The notes under the pieces are model-generated. The model made no database searches and was not told the DNA's origin. It saw nothing but the letters and a program-made list of their open reading frames with translations. DNA of 63,900 bases, the filler included, from Craspedostauros australis (Eukaryota), in assembly GCA_030167865.1 (NCBI GenBank). It is 15 parts of 15 records of this genome, joined end to end, with 100 filler letters (N's around TTAATTAATTAA, not from the genome) between each part and the next. Parts side by side here need not be neighbours in the genome. Positions count along the whole stretch, not along the records: positions 23,770 to 31,011 come from JALAGF010005479.1; positions 31,112 to 35,978 come from JALAGF010005480.1; positions 36,079 to 37,577 come from JALAGF010005481.1; 12 more parts are not named here. One strand, 5' to 3'. Positions 26,158 to 37,577 of this stretch are shown here, piece after piece. Within the stretch, counting starts at the first letter, position 1. Every line of letters begins with the position of its first letter. A program made the position numbers and the translations under genes.

Positions 26158-26964
26158 AGTTAGGATTCGTGCGTAGGCGTCGCGAATCGGTGGAGAATGC
26201 CTTGTGAATCTGCCGGCTTCGGGATAGCCGTGTAATGCAGTTCAAGAGAGGTGTACTGATTGAAGAGTTATAACTTGTAACGATGAGAAGTAGAGTGCTT
26301 TGTAGCTAATCCTTGTCTGTTTATTATGAGTTAGCTTATTGGTGTTAGTAGGGTAAAGAAACGATGCCACACAACTTGGCGAGACCCTGCACTGATGCAC
26401 TTGATTCAGTGTAACAGAATAGACAATCAATACAGTGCTTTGCTCTCTGCACATGTAGTTACACTGCAGTGTAGGTCATGACAATCAGTGATGACGATCA
26501 TGAAGCAGTGGCTGTGGCTGAAGCTGACCCTCAGATTCCATTGCTTGAGTTGAAGCAAGTTGGATACGCATGTTGGGACCACGGTGGTAGTGTGGTGGTC
26601 ATCAGCATGATGGAATCNNNNNNNNNNNNNNNNNNNNNNNNNNNNNNNNNNNNNNNNNNNNNNNNNNTGAGTTGAAGCAAGTTGGATACGCATGTTGGGA
26701 CCACGGTGGTAGTGTGGTGGTCATCAGCATGATGGAATCGAGGTATGTTGTAGTAAGGAGGATCTGAAGAGCATATAGTTCCCAAGTGGGTGTGAGTCAG
26801 GTCGGTCAGGTTTGAGTCATGATGGATTCGTGAATGGAGGAGAGAAAGGAGGAGAAAAGATTTGGTGGTCGATCAAGTNGGAAGATTTCGCGCCAAAACA
26901 AGAATTTCTCCCATCGGGTTGATACCGTGTTCGGTAATAGTCTGTCCCTCATTGAATCTCAACT
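26158..26964 (-). mobile_element. Family B solo LTR with GAAAG target-site duplication
   Basis: GAAAG(26153-26157)-AGTTAGG...CTCAACT-GAAAG(26965-26969). Confidence 0.92.
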
Positions 26965-27609
26965 GAAAGTGAAGAAGTTGCAAATGCAAAATCAAAACGT
27001 CCAAGTTGAACAACTCAGTTCATCATCCCGATGAGCTGCTGGAACTGGTGATGTTAGTCAGGTGTTCGTAGTTTGGAGCCATCCGTTTCCAGATGATTTT
27101 TGTTCTGCGTGGGACCATGTTGGTTGTGTATTGGTCCCTGTTGTCGTTCCAACTTGTCCAATGCATTTGCAATGTATTTGCTGCAGGCAGGCTTGCAGCA
27201 GATACTGTGATAACGCTTGATCCACAGCCACTGTTGGACCTCAAGAAGCCAATCGGCCACATGAATGATGTCATTGTGCTTCCGCTGACGCTGCATGAGA
27301 GTGCCAGCATGCACCCTGCGGCATTGGCTGCAGTGGGTTGCCGTCAGTGTGTCCACATGGCATGTCATGATGCTCAAAATATCAAGCCATCCCAACAATA
27401 CGGCGTTTGACATCGACATGTCGTCATCAGGCAACCATCCACCTGCTGACATCACCTGGAACAGCATGAACGACCAAGAGCAGCTACAAGTCTTCAACAT
27501 CGCCCCTGGACATCATGCTTGTTGCATTCCGTAGTGGCAATCCAGACTGCGGCATTCATATCTCATGGATAGCAGCGAACATGAGGTGTGGACCCTGGGC
27601 AATGTGGCA

Positions 27610-28465
27610 TATTGGCAAGTTCTGCTCACAGATACTCTTGCGACTGTTGATGGTGGTGGTGGTGGTTGTTACTATTTTTCTTGCTATTTCATTGCATTGT
27701 TCCAATGCCTCTTGGAGTCTCCCAATACTCTTGGTGTCTCTCAACTATCGTCCGACTATGAGTTGGCATGTGAGATGCTCTCCTGCTATTTCTTGTATTC
27801 TCTTGCTCTTTCTCTCTCTCTCTCTCGTGTGTTGGTACTGCGCGATAATCAGTGATAGATACATACTCTGTATTTGATACATATTCCATCATTTTGTCCT
27901 CTACTGGTGCACTACTCTGTGAGTATTTGCCAATGTCTCATCTGAACTCCTCCTTGCATATCCACAATCTTGATGTCACTTGGTCATTGAATCTTCACCT
28001 TCTTGATCTGATGTGGAGACAGATGTTGATGTGGTGACATGATGACATCCTGTTGATGTCAGCTGTCGTCTTCCATGATCCTTCAGATTCCATATTCCAT
28101 CGATGATGCAGTGGTATGGCGAGGATATCGTCATTTGAGGTTTAGTTGTGAAAAACATCGATCCTTGCTCGATGTCATGCATTTCTGTCAGTTGATGGAC
28201 AGACTGCATTCCTGATGCTCTCAGAAATGAGTGTTCACAGATATCCTTCCAAAATTCTGATTTTTTGTGTGTGCCAATTTTGTGATGTGATTTCGATCAA
28301 CCACAGATCATTCACAGATCAATCACAGATCAATCACAGATCACTCACAGATCGCTCACAGATCAATCACAGATCACTCACGACACAAATGTTTGCGCCG
28401 CTTGTGCGTAGAGCATACAAGAACAATGGGTGAGCGATGCACATACACATATGTACATTCCAACA
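27610..28465 (-). mobile_element. Diverged family A-related LTR containing an 11-bp minisatellite
   Basis: TATTGGCAAGTTCTG...ACATTCCAACA, colinear with 40968-42138; about 8 copies of GATCAATCACA-like units at about 28295-28382. Confidence 0.8.
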
Positions 28466-28808
28466 GGCAAGGCAGCAATCACAGGGCACACATTCACAGC
28501 TACTCTGGCTGCTACGGATTTCTGGCTGTTCTTTGCTGTCACAACCATGGAGAACAAGACCATCTATGGCACTGACATTTACAATGCATTTGCTGAGGCT
28601 TCTTGTGGTGCACAGAAGTACTACATGCATGTTGACAGCCCCTTTGCTGACTGGTGGCAGTCGTGGGGACGCGCACCCATTCCGTGCGGCTGCATGACTC
28701 TCATCAGCAAGAATCCTCAGGGTCATTCCTGATCACTATGGCAGTGGGCAGTGCACTTCAATGCACAGCTGCAGCGCATGGGTTTCAGGCCCACCACGCA
28801 TGCTCTAT
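28466..28808 (+). pseudogene. Degenerate copia RT fragment
   Basis: HTFTATL...IYGTDIYNAFAEA...YMHVDSPFADWW...PIP...QGHS*...MGFRPTTH resembles the diatom copia RT pattern D..NAFAEA...QGHPES. Confidence 0.75.
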
Positions 28809-29613
28809 TGTTGGCAAGTTCCGCTCACGGTAACCTACAATCGTGGAAGATGGTGTTGGTCGATAGTCGTCTGTTTGCTATTTCATTAGTTGGCTACTCC
28901 AATCCTCTCGGTGTACGCCCGTTCTCTTGCCCAATGCTCTCGGTGCTTCAATCTGTTTTGTAGATTCGGTCTCCGACTATGAGTCGGTACGCGAGATGAT
29001 CTCTCGCTCCTCTCTGTATTCTCTCTCTCTCTCTCTCTCTCTCAACATCGTGTGCTTGTACTACACGATACTCCGTGTCGAATGCATACTCCGCATTTGA
29101 CACTTCGTTCATTCAGTACTGGCTCCTACTCCATGAGTACTTACCATTTGAAGTTCATCTCCCGTATCCATGATGCTGATCTTCTTTGGTCATCGGATCT
29201 TTGCCTCCTGCTCTGACTTGGAGACAGATGTTGACGTGGTGACACGATGACATCCTGTTGACGTCAGTAGGCGTCCTTCTGCTCTCCAGATGTCATGTTC
29301 CATTGGTGATGCAGCAGTCTGTCAGATGATATCGTCATCTGAGGTTTAGTTGGGAAGTACCTTCAGATTCTCTTGGTACCATTGATGGATGGACGGACGA
29401 TCTTCCAATTCTCTCAGAAATCGTCATTTGCAAATTTCCTCCAGAAATCTTGCTCCTTTTTGTGTGTTCCATTTCCACTGTAATTCTCACGAATCACAGC
29501 ATATTATTGACACGAATGTAGTTATACCGTCCAAGTGCGTATGAGAGAATAACGGGTGAACGATGCACATATACTCATACATCTCGACATGTACTCACAT
29601 GTACATCTCGACA
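28809..29613 (-). mobile_element. Family A LTR, ungapped 805-bp copy
   Basis: TGTTGGCAAG...ATCTCGACA on + strand, internal (CT)n tract; flanks CTCTAT and CCCATG do not match. Confidence 0.9.
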
Positions 29614-29949
29614 CCCATGCACATTTTACATATTTTTTGTATGTGCGGTGATGCTTTGTTTGTGTACTTCATTGGCACTCCATCGGCCAGCAGTTGCATG
29701 CCAGCTTTCCACTGTCGCGAAGATCAGAGAGTGATGGGTTCCATCCAGGATTCTGAGGTTTTGACCTTCTGTAGAAGTAACTGTGTCATGGACATACATG
29801 ACAGGCGTTCCAGTTCAATGCATCCTCATACTGAGATGATGATGGAGAGTGATGCTGTGATCAACAACATGGTTGATGGTTGCGTTGGGCATTTGTGGAT
29901 AGTCCTGTCCACACTGTTTGACATCAGGTATTGGATCCAAGCCATGTTG

Positions 29950-30630
29950 ACACCATCGTCTCTCCGGCGTTCGCGACTCCCCCACCAAATCCATACAGCT
30001 GCAGCAAAGCAAAGTAGGCTGGATGGCCATGATTTAGGGCGGATGGGCAATGCAGTGGAGTGCGCAAGCACCTCCCATGGCACCTCACCATTGCAGGCGC
30101 GCCCTCGACTACTTCACAATTGGCAGGACAGGGTTACCAACCTCATGTGGCATACGACACTGATGCAATGGCAGGACCAGACCAAGGTCAAAGCATCCCA
30201 GACTTCCGATGACACGATGCCCGTGCTGCTCCAATATTTTCAGATACTGCAAACATGCCCACCAGCCACTATCCCTGCAGTCCTGCACCCACTTTAGGAG
30301 CATCATCCGCACACTGAGCAGACGGCCCAGCTCATTCCATTGGTCCAAGCCATGCACCAAGGCCTTGGAGGCAATGCACCACCAGCCACGGCAGTGCTTG
30401 TGAACTGGAAATGGAACTATAGGCGGATTGCACCCTGAGACGATTCCCCTGCCATCACAACATCGCCAGCAAACAGACCTGCCCAGTGGACACAGTCCTC
30501 TCTCCCAACACAATCATAATACTGACACATCCGTTCCCACTGCGTGCAGACATGGAGAATAAACGAGGCAGAATCAAAGTGCCCCCCAGCGCATAACTTA
30601 ACAGTTATAATCAGTAAGGTATATATGACA
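29950..30630 (+). pseudogene. Decayed 3' end of the Ambal-like family seen at 23770-25935
   Basis: WQDRVTNLMWH...QWQDQTKVKASQ versus WQASVTSLLWH...QWKDRNEVKASQ; shared 3' UTR motifs GAATAAACGAGGC, GTTATAATC, TATATATG. Confidence 0.8.
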
Positions 30631-31111
30631 CCATCATTTCGAACCTCAGAAGTAGAGCATTGATGAAGCATTGAAGTGACTGTAGTCTTCTGGGTGGTAG
30701 TGAGGAAGCTGGGGGAGGGAAATGGTGGGACCCTCCTGCTCATCATCACTTTGGAGCAAGGGTGTTCAGTTTACATATTGGCTTGCGTCACGTCCTACAA
30801 TAGAGTTCGTCCTCAAAAGAACTTGTCTACATGATGTCTACATGCGTGATACGTGTATGATGCAGGTTCACATTCAAAATGAGATGATTGTTCACTTGAT
30901 TTCGTCGTTGACACTATCAAACGTCATAGAGCAAGTTATAGGGTCAAACGAGTCGCGTAGCTCGTATTGGTCAAAGATTCTGTGACCGTACAGTCATAAG
31001 CAACCGAGGCGNNNNNNNNNNNNNNNNNNNNNNNNNNNNNNNNNNNNNNNNNNNNTTAATTAATTAANNNNNNNNNNNNNNNNNNNNNNNNNNNNNNNNN
31101 NNNNNNNNNNN

Positions 31112-34100
31112 CTCCAGCGCCTTGTTCGTTGAGAACAGATTCACCCACATCTTGGGCGCGAACTTCACGTTGTTCAGTCTGATGGTGCGCTGTGTGTTGT
31201 CGCGTTGCTTCACTCGGAGATAGATGGATCCCATCTTTGGTGAGTTGAGTTGCGTGTTGTCGCCGACCTTCACAAAGGACTGGATGTGGCGGATGTTGAA
31301 CATCCCCTTATCCGAATTCACAATGTGGCATGAGGCTCCACTGTCGGCGAGCCATGTGTGTTCATTTGGTGTGTCGGTGCGGTGGTCGGATGCACGGAAG
31401 CGCGTGCGATCCACGACCATGATTGCCAACTCGTCGTCATCGGAGGAGTCGTCGTCGTAGGATGACTCGCCCGTGCTGGAATCGTCCCAATCGATTGGAG
31501 GGCGCGTTGGTTCTGCTTGCTGTGGCGGCTCCGGTCTTGCCTGTTGTGGTGGCTCAGGTCGTCTTTCCTGCGGTCGGTGGTAAAGAAGTGCCGCCATACA
31601 TCCTCCGAGGATGAAGTGCCGCTCCATGATGCTCAGTGGTGGTTGGCCGTGACGCTCGAGGATCCTGTTGAGAATCATGCTGTTTGCCAGGATCTCCTCG
31701 ATTGACAGAAGCTCTGCCATGATGAACATTGCTGACACTCGTCCGACGAATGCCATCTGGATGCGTCGATTGTTTGGGAACAGGTTGCGGGCCCCGCAGA
31801 AGATGGCGTTTGCGATCAGCTCGCGTTGTCTGATCTCGGCCGTGAATGTTGGGTACGGCGCAGTGTCATGCCTGCCGTGGGCCCCTCGTTGGTTGAAGAA
31901 GTCCGTGGGCCCAAAGCGTAGGCCGGTTGGGAAGATCACGTCTTCGTGGTGGTTCATGACTCGTNNNNNNNNNNNNNNNNNNNNNNNNNNNNNNNNNNNN
32001 NNNNNNNNNNNNNNTCCGAATTCACAATGTGGCATGAGGCTCCACTGTCGGCGAGCCATGTGTGTTCATCGGGTGTGTCGGTGTGGTGGTCGGATGCACG
32101 GAAGCGCGTGCGATCCACGACCATGATTGCCAACTCGTCGTCGTCGGAGGACTCGTCGTCGTTGGATGAGTCGCTCGTGCTGCAATCGCCCCAATCGATT
32201 GGAGGGCGCATTGGTGCTGGTTGCTGTGGCGGCTCCGGTCTTGCCTGTCGTGGTGGCTCAGGTCGCCTCTCCTGTGGTCGGTGGTGAAGGAGTGCCGCCA
32301 TGCATCCTCCGAGGATGAAGTGCCGCTCCATGATGCTCAGTGGTGGTTGGCCGTGACGCTCGAGGATTCTGTTGAGAATCATGCTGTTTGCCAGGATCTC
32401 CTCAATTGACAGAAGCTCTGCCATGATGAACATTGCCGACACTCGTCCGACGAATGCCATCTGGATGCGTCGATTGTTAGGGAACAGGTTGCGGGCCCCG
32501 CAGAAGATGGCGTTACTGATGATTTCGCGTTGTCTGATCTCGGCCGTGAATGTTGGGTACGGCGCAGTGTCATGCCTGCCGTGTGCCCCTCGTTGGTTGA
32601 AGAAGTCCGTGGGCCCAAAGCGTAGGCCGGTTGGGAAGATCACGTCTTCGTGGTGGTTCATGACTCGTTGACCTTCTGGTCTGGGAGGACGGAATCTGTT
32701 CCGGACGTATAGTGGACGAGTTGCATCGCTGTCGTCATCTCCGTCATCTTGAGCAATCTCTTCTTCGGCGGAGCCAGCAGCTGACGCTTCTTCGAAGAGA
32801 TTGTCGTCCAGGAGCATGTCTTGCTCAATCGGGGGCTCCCCGGCTTCCTCCATGGCGAGGATATCGATATCCTCCTCAGGATCTTCTTCTCGGTTGCTGT
32901 TGCTCGGCAAGTCGTGCGTGTTGAGGCAGTAATCGAAATCGAGATCAAAACGAGGCTTGTTGTTGAGCGTCACCTCGTGGATGATCGGTCCGTCGTTGAG
33001 CCACGCTGGGATGCTCACGTCGTCGTGGACCTCGTCCGTTCCTGGGAAGTGTTGAAAGGTATCAAAGAATGAATCATCGACGGCGTAGGCAGTGTGAGTT
33101 TGTGTGGGTGTGTCGAGCATGGTCATCACCATCTCGAACCTGTCATCGTTGCCGTCTTGCGCCGTGCTTCCTTGCTCTTCCTGCTTTCTCTTTTCGTTGA
33201 ACTTTTTCTTCCTGCAGTCGGCTTCTCGGTGTCCTGGGATGCCACAGTANNNNNNNNNNNNNNNNNNNNNNNNNNNNCGACCTCTTCCTCTGTTGCCGCG
33301 GTTGCCTTGATTGCCGCGCTGATCTCCTCTTCTGTTGCCTCTGTTGTTGTAGCCTCCTCGTCGGCCGTTGTTGGATTGATGGTTGTTGTTGTTGTCGGCC
33401 GCTTGCTTCCTGTCTGGACAATTCGCAGACCGATGGCCGTACTTTCCACAGTTGTGGCAGTTACCCTTGAATCCGCCTGTCGCAGCCATCGCCGCGTCGT
33501 CGCGCTTGCTGCCAGTATCCGCGAAGTCGTCCACGTACGCCTTTCCANNNNNNNNNNNNNNNNNNNNNNNNNNNNNNNNNNNNNNNNNNNNNNNNNNGCT
33601 TCCTTGCTCTTCCTGCTTTCTCTTTTCGTTGAACTTTTTCTTCCTGCAGTCGGCTTCTCGGTGTCCTGGGATGCCACAGTAGTGACACTTCCCACTGAAG
33701 CCGCTGCCACGACCTCTTCCTCTGTTGCCGCGGTTGCCTTGATTGCCGCGCTGATCTCCTCTTCTGTTGCCTCTGTTGTTGTAGCCTCCTCGTCGGCCGT
33801 TGTTGGATTGATGGTTGTTGTTGTTGTCGGCCGCTTGCTTNCTGTCTGGACAATTCGCAGACCGATGGCCGTACTTTCCNCAGTTGTGGCAGTTNCCCTT
33901 GAATCCGCCTGTCGCAGCCATCGCCGCGTCGTCGCGCTTGCTGCCAGTATCCGCGAAGTCGTCCACGTACGCCTTTCCACCTTGGAGTTTGGAGTATCGG
34001 TAGTTCAGCACGTTTCGGATGGCTTCGATCGTCACCTTCTCTGGACCCATCTGTAGTTGGTATTCGAAGTTGCTCACTTCGTCGTCGTAGTCTTTGCTGA

Positions 34101-35820
34101 GGCTGCTGAGTACTTGCATGATCAGCTCTCTCTCGCTGATCTCGTATTTCACATCTTGGAGGCGAGTGCGGAGCAGCTCAAGCCGTGTGACGTAGATGTC
34201 GGGATCCGTATCCCTCGCCATGCGTTCCGTGTTGAATTGGCGCTTCAGCCGCAGCACCGTGGATGCATCGGTCGGCTGGTACTTCTCCTTCAGCATCTTC
34301 CATGCTGCCGCTGGGTTCCCCTCGCGGTGCTGCTCGTCGCAGCATTGGTTGATCAGTTGGATCGCTTGCTTTCCAGTGCCTTGCTCTGCATCCATCATCA
34401 GGATCAGATCGCTGAAGCAGTCCAGCGCCAGTTCGCGCGTCTCTTCGAGGGCCTCCCTCTTCTCTTCATCACTCTCTCTCTCGATGTCTTCTTTCGTCGG
34501 GATGGTCTTCTCTCCCATCATGATGTCCTTGTATCGCTGCGTACGCGCGTACGCTTTTGCCTGCGACTCCCACGCGTTGTAGTCTTCCTTCTTCCCGCTG
34601 AAGAGTGGGGCCTTGCGCCTCTTGTACGTGTCCTTCGTCATCTTCTTTCTCGTTGTTGTCTGCTTGCTCGTGTCTCGTGTGCCGCCTGTTGATTGGCTCT
34701 CTTCTTTCTCTTCTTCTCTCTCTGACTCCTCGTTGTCGTTGGATGCGAGGGGATCGATGCCGCTGTCTCTCTCTGACGCGCTACCCCTGCCTTCTGTTTC
34801 CGTCTGCTGTACTTCTGTCTCGTACGCTTCCACTTTGAACACTCGCTGTGATGGAGTCGATGTGGGTTGTCCTGTTGATGCCGATGTCGGTCTCGGCTGG
34901 TCTCTCTGCCGCGTCTCTGTGCCGGCTCTTCGTGCAGCTTGCTCTGCTTCTGTCTCGATGATGGCTCCTTGCTGAGCGCTTGGTTGTTGGATGGGCGCAC
35001 CCGCNNNNNNNNNNNNNNNNNNNNNNNNNNNNNNNNNNNNNNNNNNNNNNNNNNAGCATTGGTTGATCAGCTGGATCGCCTGCTTTCCAGTGCCTTGCTC
35101 TGCATCCATCATCAGGATCAGATCGCTGAAGCAGTCCATCGCCAGTTCGCGCGTCTCTTCGAGGGCCTCCCTCTTCTCTTCGTCACTTTCTCTCTCGATG
35201 TCTTCCTTGGTTGGGACGATCTTCTCTCCCATCATGATATCCTTGNATCGCTGNGTACGCGCGTACGCCTTGGCTTGCGATTCCCACGCGTTATAGTCTT
35301 CCTTCTTGCCACTGAAGGATGGGGCCTTGCGCCTCTTGTAGGTTTCCTTCGTCATCTTCTTTCTTGTTGTTGTCTGCTTCCTCGTGCCTCGTGTGCTGCC
35401 TGTGGATTGGCTCTCTTCTCTCTCTTCTTCTCTTTCTGACTCTTTGTTGTCGTTGGATGCGAGGGGATCGATGCCGCTGTCTCTCTCTGACGCGCTACCC
35501 CTGCCTTCTGTTTCCGTCTGCTGTACTTCTGTCTCNNNNNNNNNNNNNNNNNNNNNNNNNNNNNNNNNNNNNNNNNNNNNNNNNNNNNNNNNNNNNNNNN
35601 NNNNNNNNNNNNNNNNNNNNNNNNNNNNNNNNNNNNNNNNNNNNNNNNNNNNNNNNNNNNNNNNNNNNNNNNNNNNNNNNNNNNNNNNNNNNCTTGGTTG
35701 TTGGATGGGCGCACCCGCTCCTTCTCGCGTGAGGTTCAGAGTCTCGTCCTCGTCTCCCTCGGTCTCGTCCTCGATCACTGGTGTGAGAGGGAATGCAGTC
35801 TCTTCGGTCTCTTCGCTCAT
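31112..35820 (-). mobile_element. Copia family D gag-protease (two zinc knuckles, inserted domain, aspartic protease), with gap-associated duplications
   Basis: APLFSGKKEDYNAWE, AWKMLKEKY, CHNCGKYGHRSANC, CHYCGIPGHREADC, WLADSGASCHI, VKVGD...NVKFAPKMWVNLFS. Confidence 0.92.
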
Positions 35821-36078
35821 TCAGCGCTCGTCTCGCTTCTCGTCTCTTCCTCGATCACGCGCGTGAGAGGGTATTCTTCCACTTCAGTCTCTTTTGCTCA
35901 TTCAGCGCCTCGCGCTCTTCGTTTCGTCCTCGATCACCGGTGTGAGAGGGTATGCTAGCTCGTCTCTCGCTCGTCGCTNNNNNNNNNNNNNNNNNNNNNN
36001 NNNNNNNNNNNNNNNNNNNNNNTTAATTAATTAANNNNNNNNNNNNNNNNNNNNNNNNNNNNNNNNNNNNNNNNNNNN

Positions 36079-37577
36079 TGGCGTCGACAGCTCTGTTGGG
36101 GCTGTGTCTTCGTGGCACGTTTGAGTGAAGGAGGAGCAGCGTGATGGCAATTATCATCCAGGTGTTAGTAGCCGTGACGTACCACCCGTGCTCGACTCCG
36201 AGAGTGTAGACTTGGAGGCTCACGAAAGAAAGGATTGATCCGATCACACAGCTGAGGTAGTTGAAGGAGGTGAAGAGGTTCCACACAAACGACCACCATT
36301 CCTTTTCGTCTTGGCTAGCGGTGGCTGTNAAGCAGGTCCAAGCGGCCATGTCGACGACGAGGTGGTCAGGCTTGGCGTTGTTATTGCCTTTACCTTTCGG
36401 TTTGAAGTTGTCTTGATGGCTCTCGGTGTTATGCGAAAGACGCCAACGACGACACTTTGCGCACCACATGAACGTCTTGTCGTAGACAAGCTTGCGCTGT
36501 GGTTCACCCGCTTTGGGTGGTGTGGATGCCCAACCTTGGTTCGGTTTTCGATTGCCGTTGTTGTTGTTGGGCTTCTTTGGTTGAGTCTTCTTCTTCGCGT
36601 TGTTCCTTCCGAAACCCTTGTGTTGCTCAAGGATGTTGGCCTTTGGATGCTTGGCTACGTTGTTGAAGTNNNNNNNNNNNNNNNNNNNNNNNNNNNNNNN
36701 NNNNNNNNNNNNNNNNNNNNNNNNNNNNNNNNNNNNNNNNNNNNNNNNNNNNNNNNNNNNNNNNNNNNTGGCTGCGAGCTTTGGAAGCGCTTCTTGGTAC
36801 GTGAATATGGGGAGACGCTTGAGGATTATCTCAAGATCATCCTTCATCACATAAAGGGGACGTCGGTATTGTTCACCGGAAAGGAACTTGCCGCCTGCCT
36901 GAAGGAAGGCGTCGAGGATGTTGCGGAGCAGATGGAGGTCAAAGCGACCAGCGTCATCAAGGCTCTTGCAGAGGGCGCGAAGCTTGACAGCCATGTCTCC
37001 GACGTTCTCACCAGCGAACTGAGAGCAGTCGACTTGACGGATGTCCTTGGCGATCTTGTCTTGCTCGTCAAACGAGTTGGCGGTGATGCTATTCATGAAT
37101 TCGATGAAGAGGGTTAGGAAGTGGCTGTGATACTTCCTTTCGATTTGGTTCATGAGCTGATCTTCAAGAACTGGGTCAAGGCTGTCGAGGAAGAACGCGG
37201 CGGCTGCCCAGTTGTTTTGGACGTCGTAGTTGTCCCATTTTTCGTGGTACGCTTCGAAATGCCTCATTGAGTCTTCAAGGGTGAAGGAGGCAGGTGAGTC
37301 GAGGACACATACCATTGTTGGGGTTGCAGNNNNNNNNNNNNNNNNNNNNNNNNNNNNNNNNNNNNNNNNNNNNNNNNNNNNNNNNNNNNNNNNAATGAAT
37401 TGCTGGATGTTGCCGCCTTTCTTGAACTTGTCGGTCAATCCAGTTTCGCGCTTGGCTTGGTTCGCAGAGTCGGCTCCGTTGTGGAGGATTCTTTGCTGCT
37501 GGGCGTGGGTCCATCTAGTTTGGGATCCTTCCTTGAGGCCAGTCCACTCCACGTTTGGTTCGCCTGCTGTCCAGGGT
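36079..37577 (-). mobile_element. Copia family B gag (diverged subfamily) with zinc knuckle and hydrophobic extension
   Basis: Open frame with QFAGENVGDM, WCAKCRRWRLSHNTESH, then WWSFVWNLFTSFNYLSCVIGSILSFVSLQVYTL and WMIIAITLLLLH. Confidence 0.8.

Noticed and set aside
31308..35720. Apparent tandem duplications next to gaps (also near 8181, 14432, 26546, 38765, 41162, 57334, 59485, 63048) and the 1288-aa ORF with doubled knuckles
   Set aside because: Each duplicate pair is separated by an N gap; best explained as unmerged haplotypes or paralogues joined by the scaffolder.
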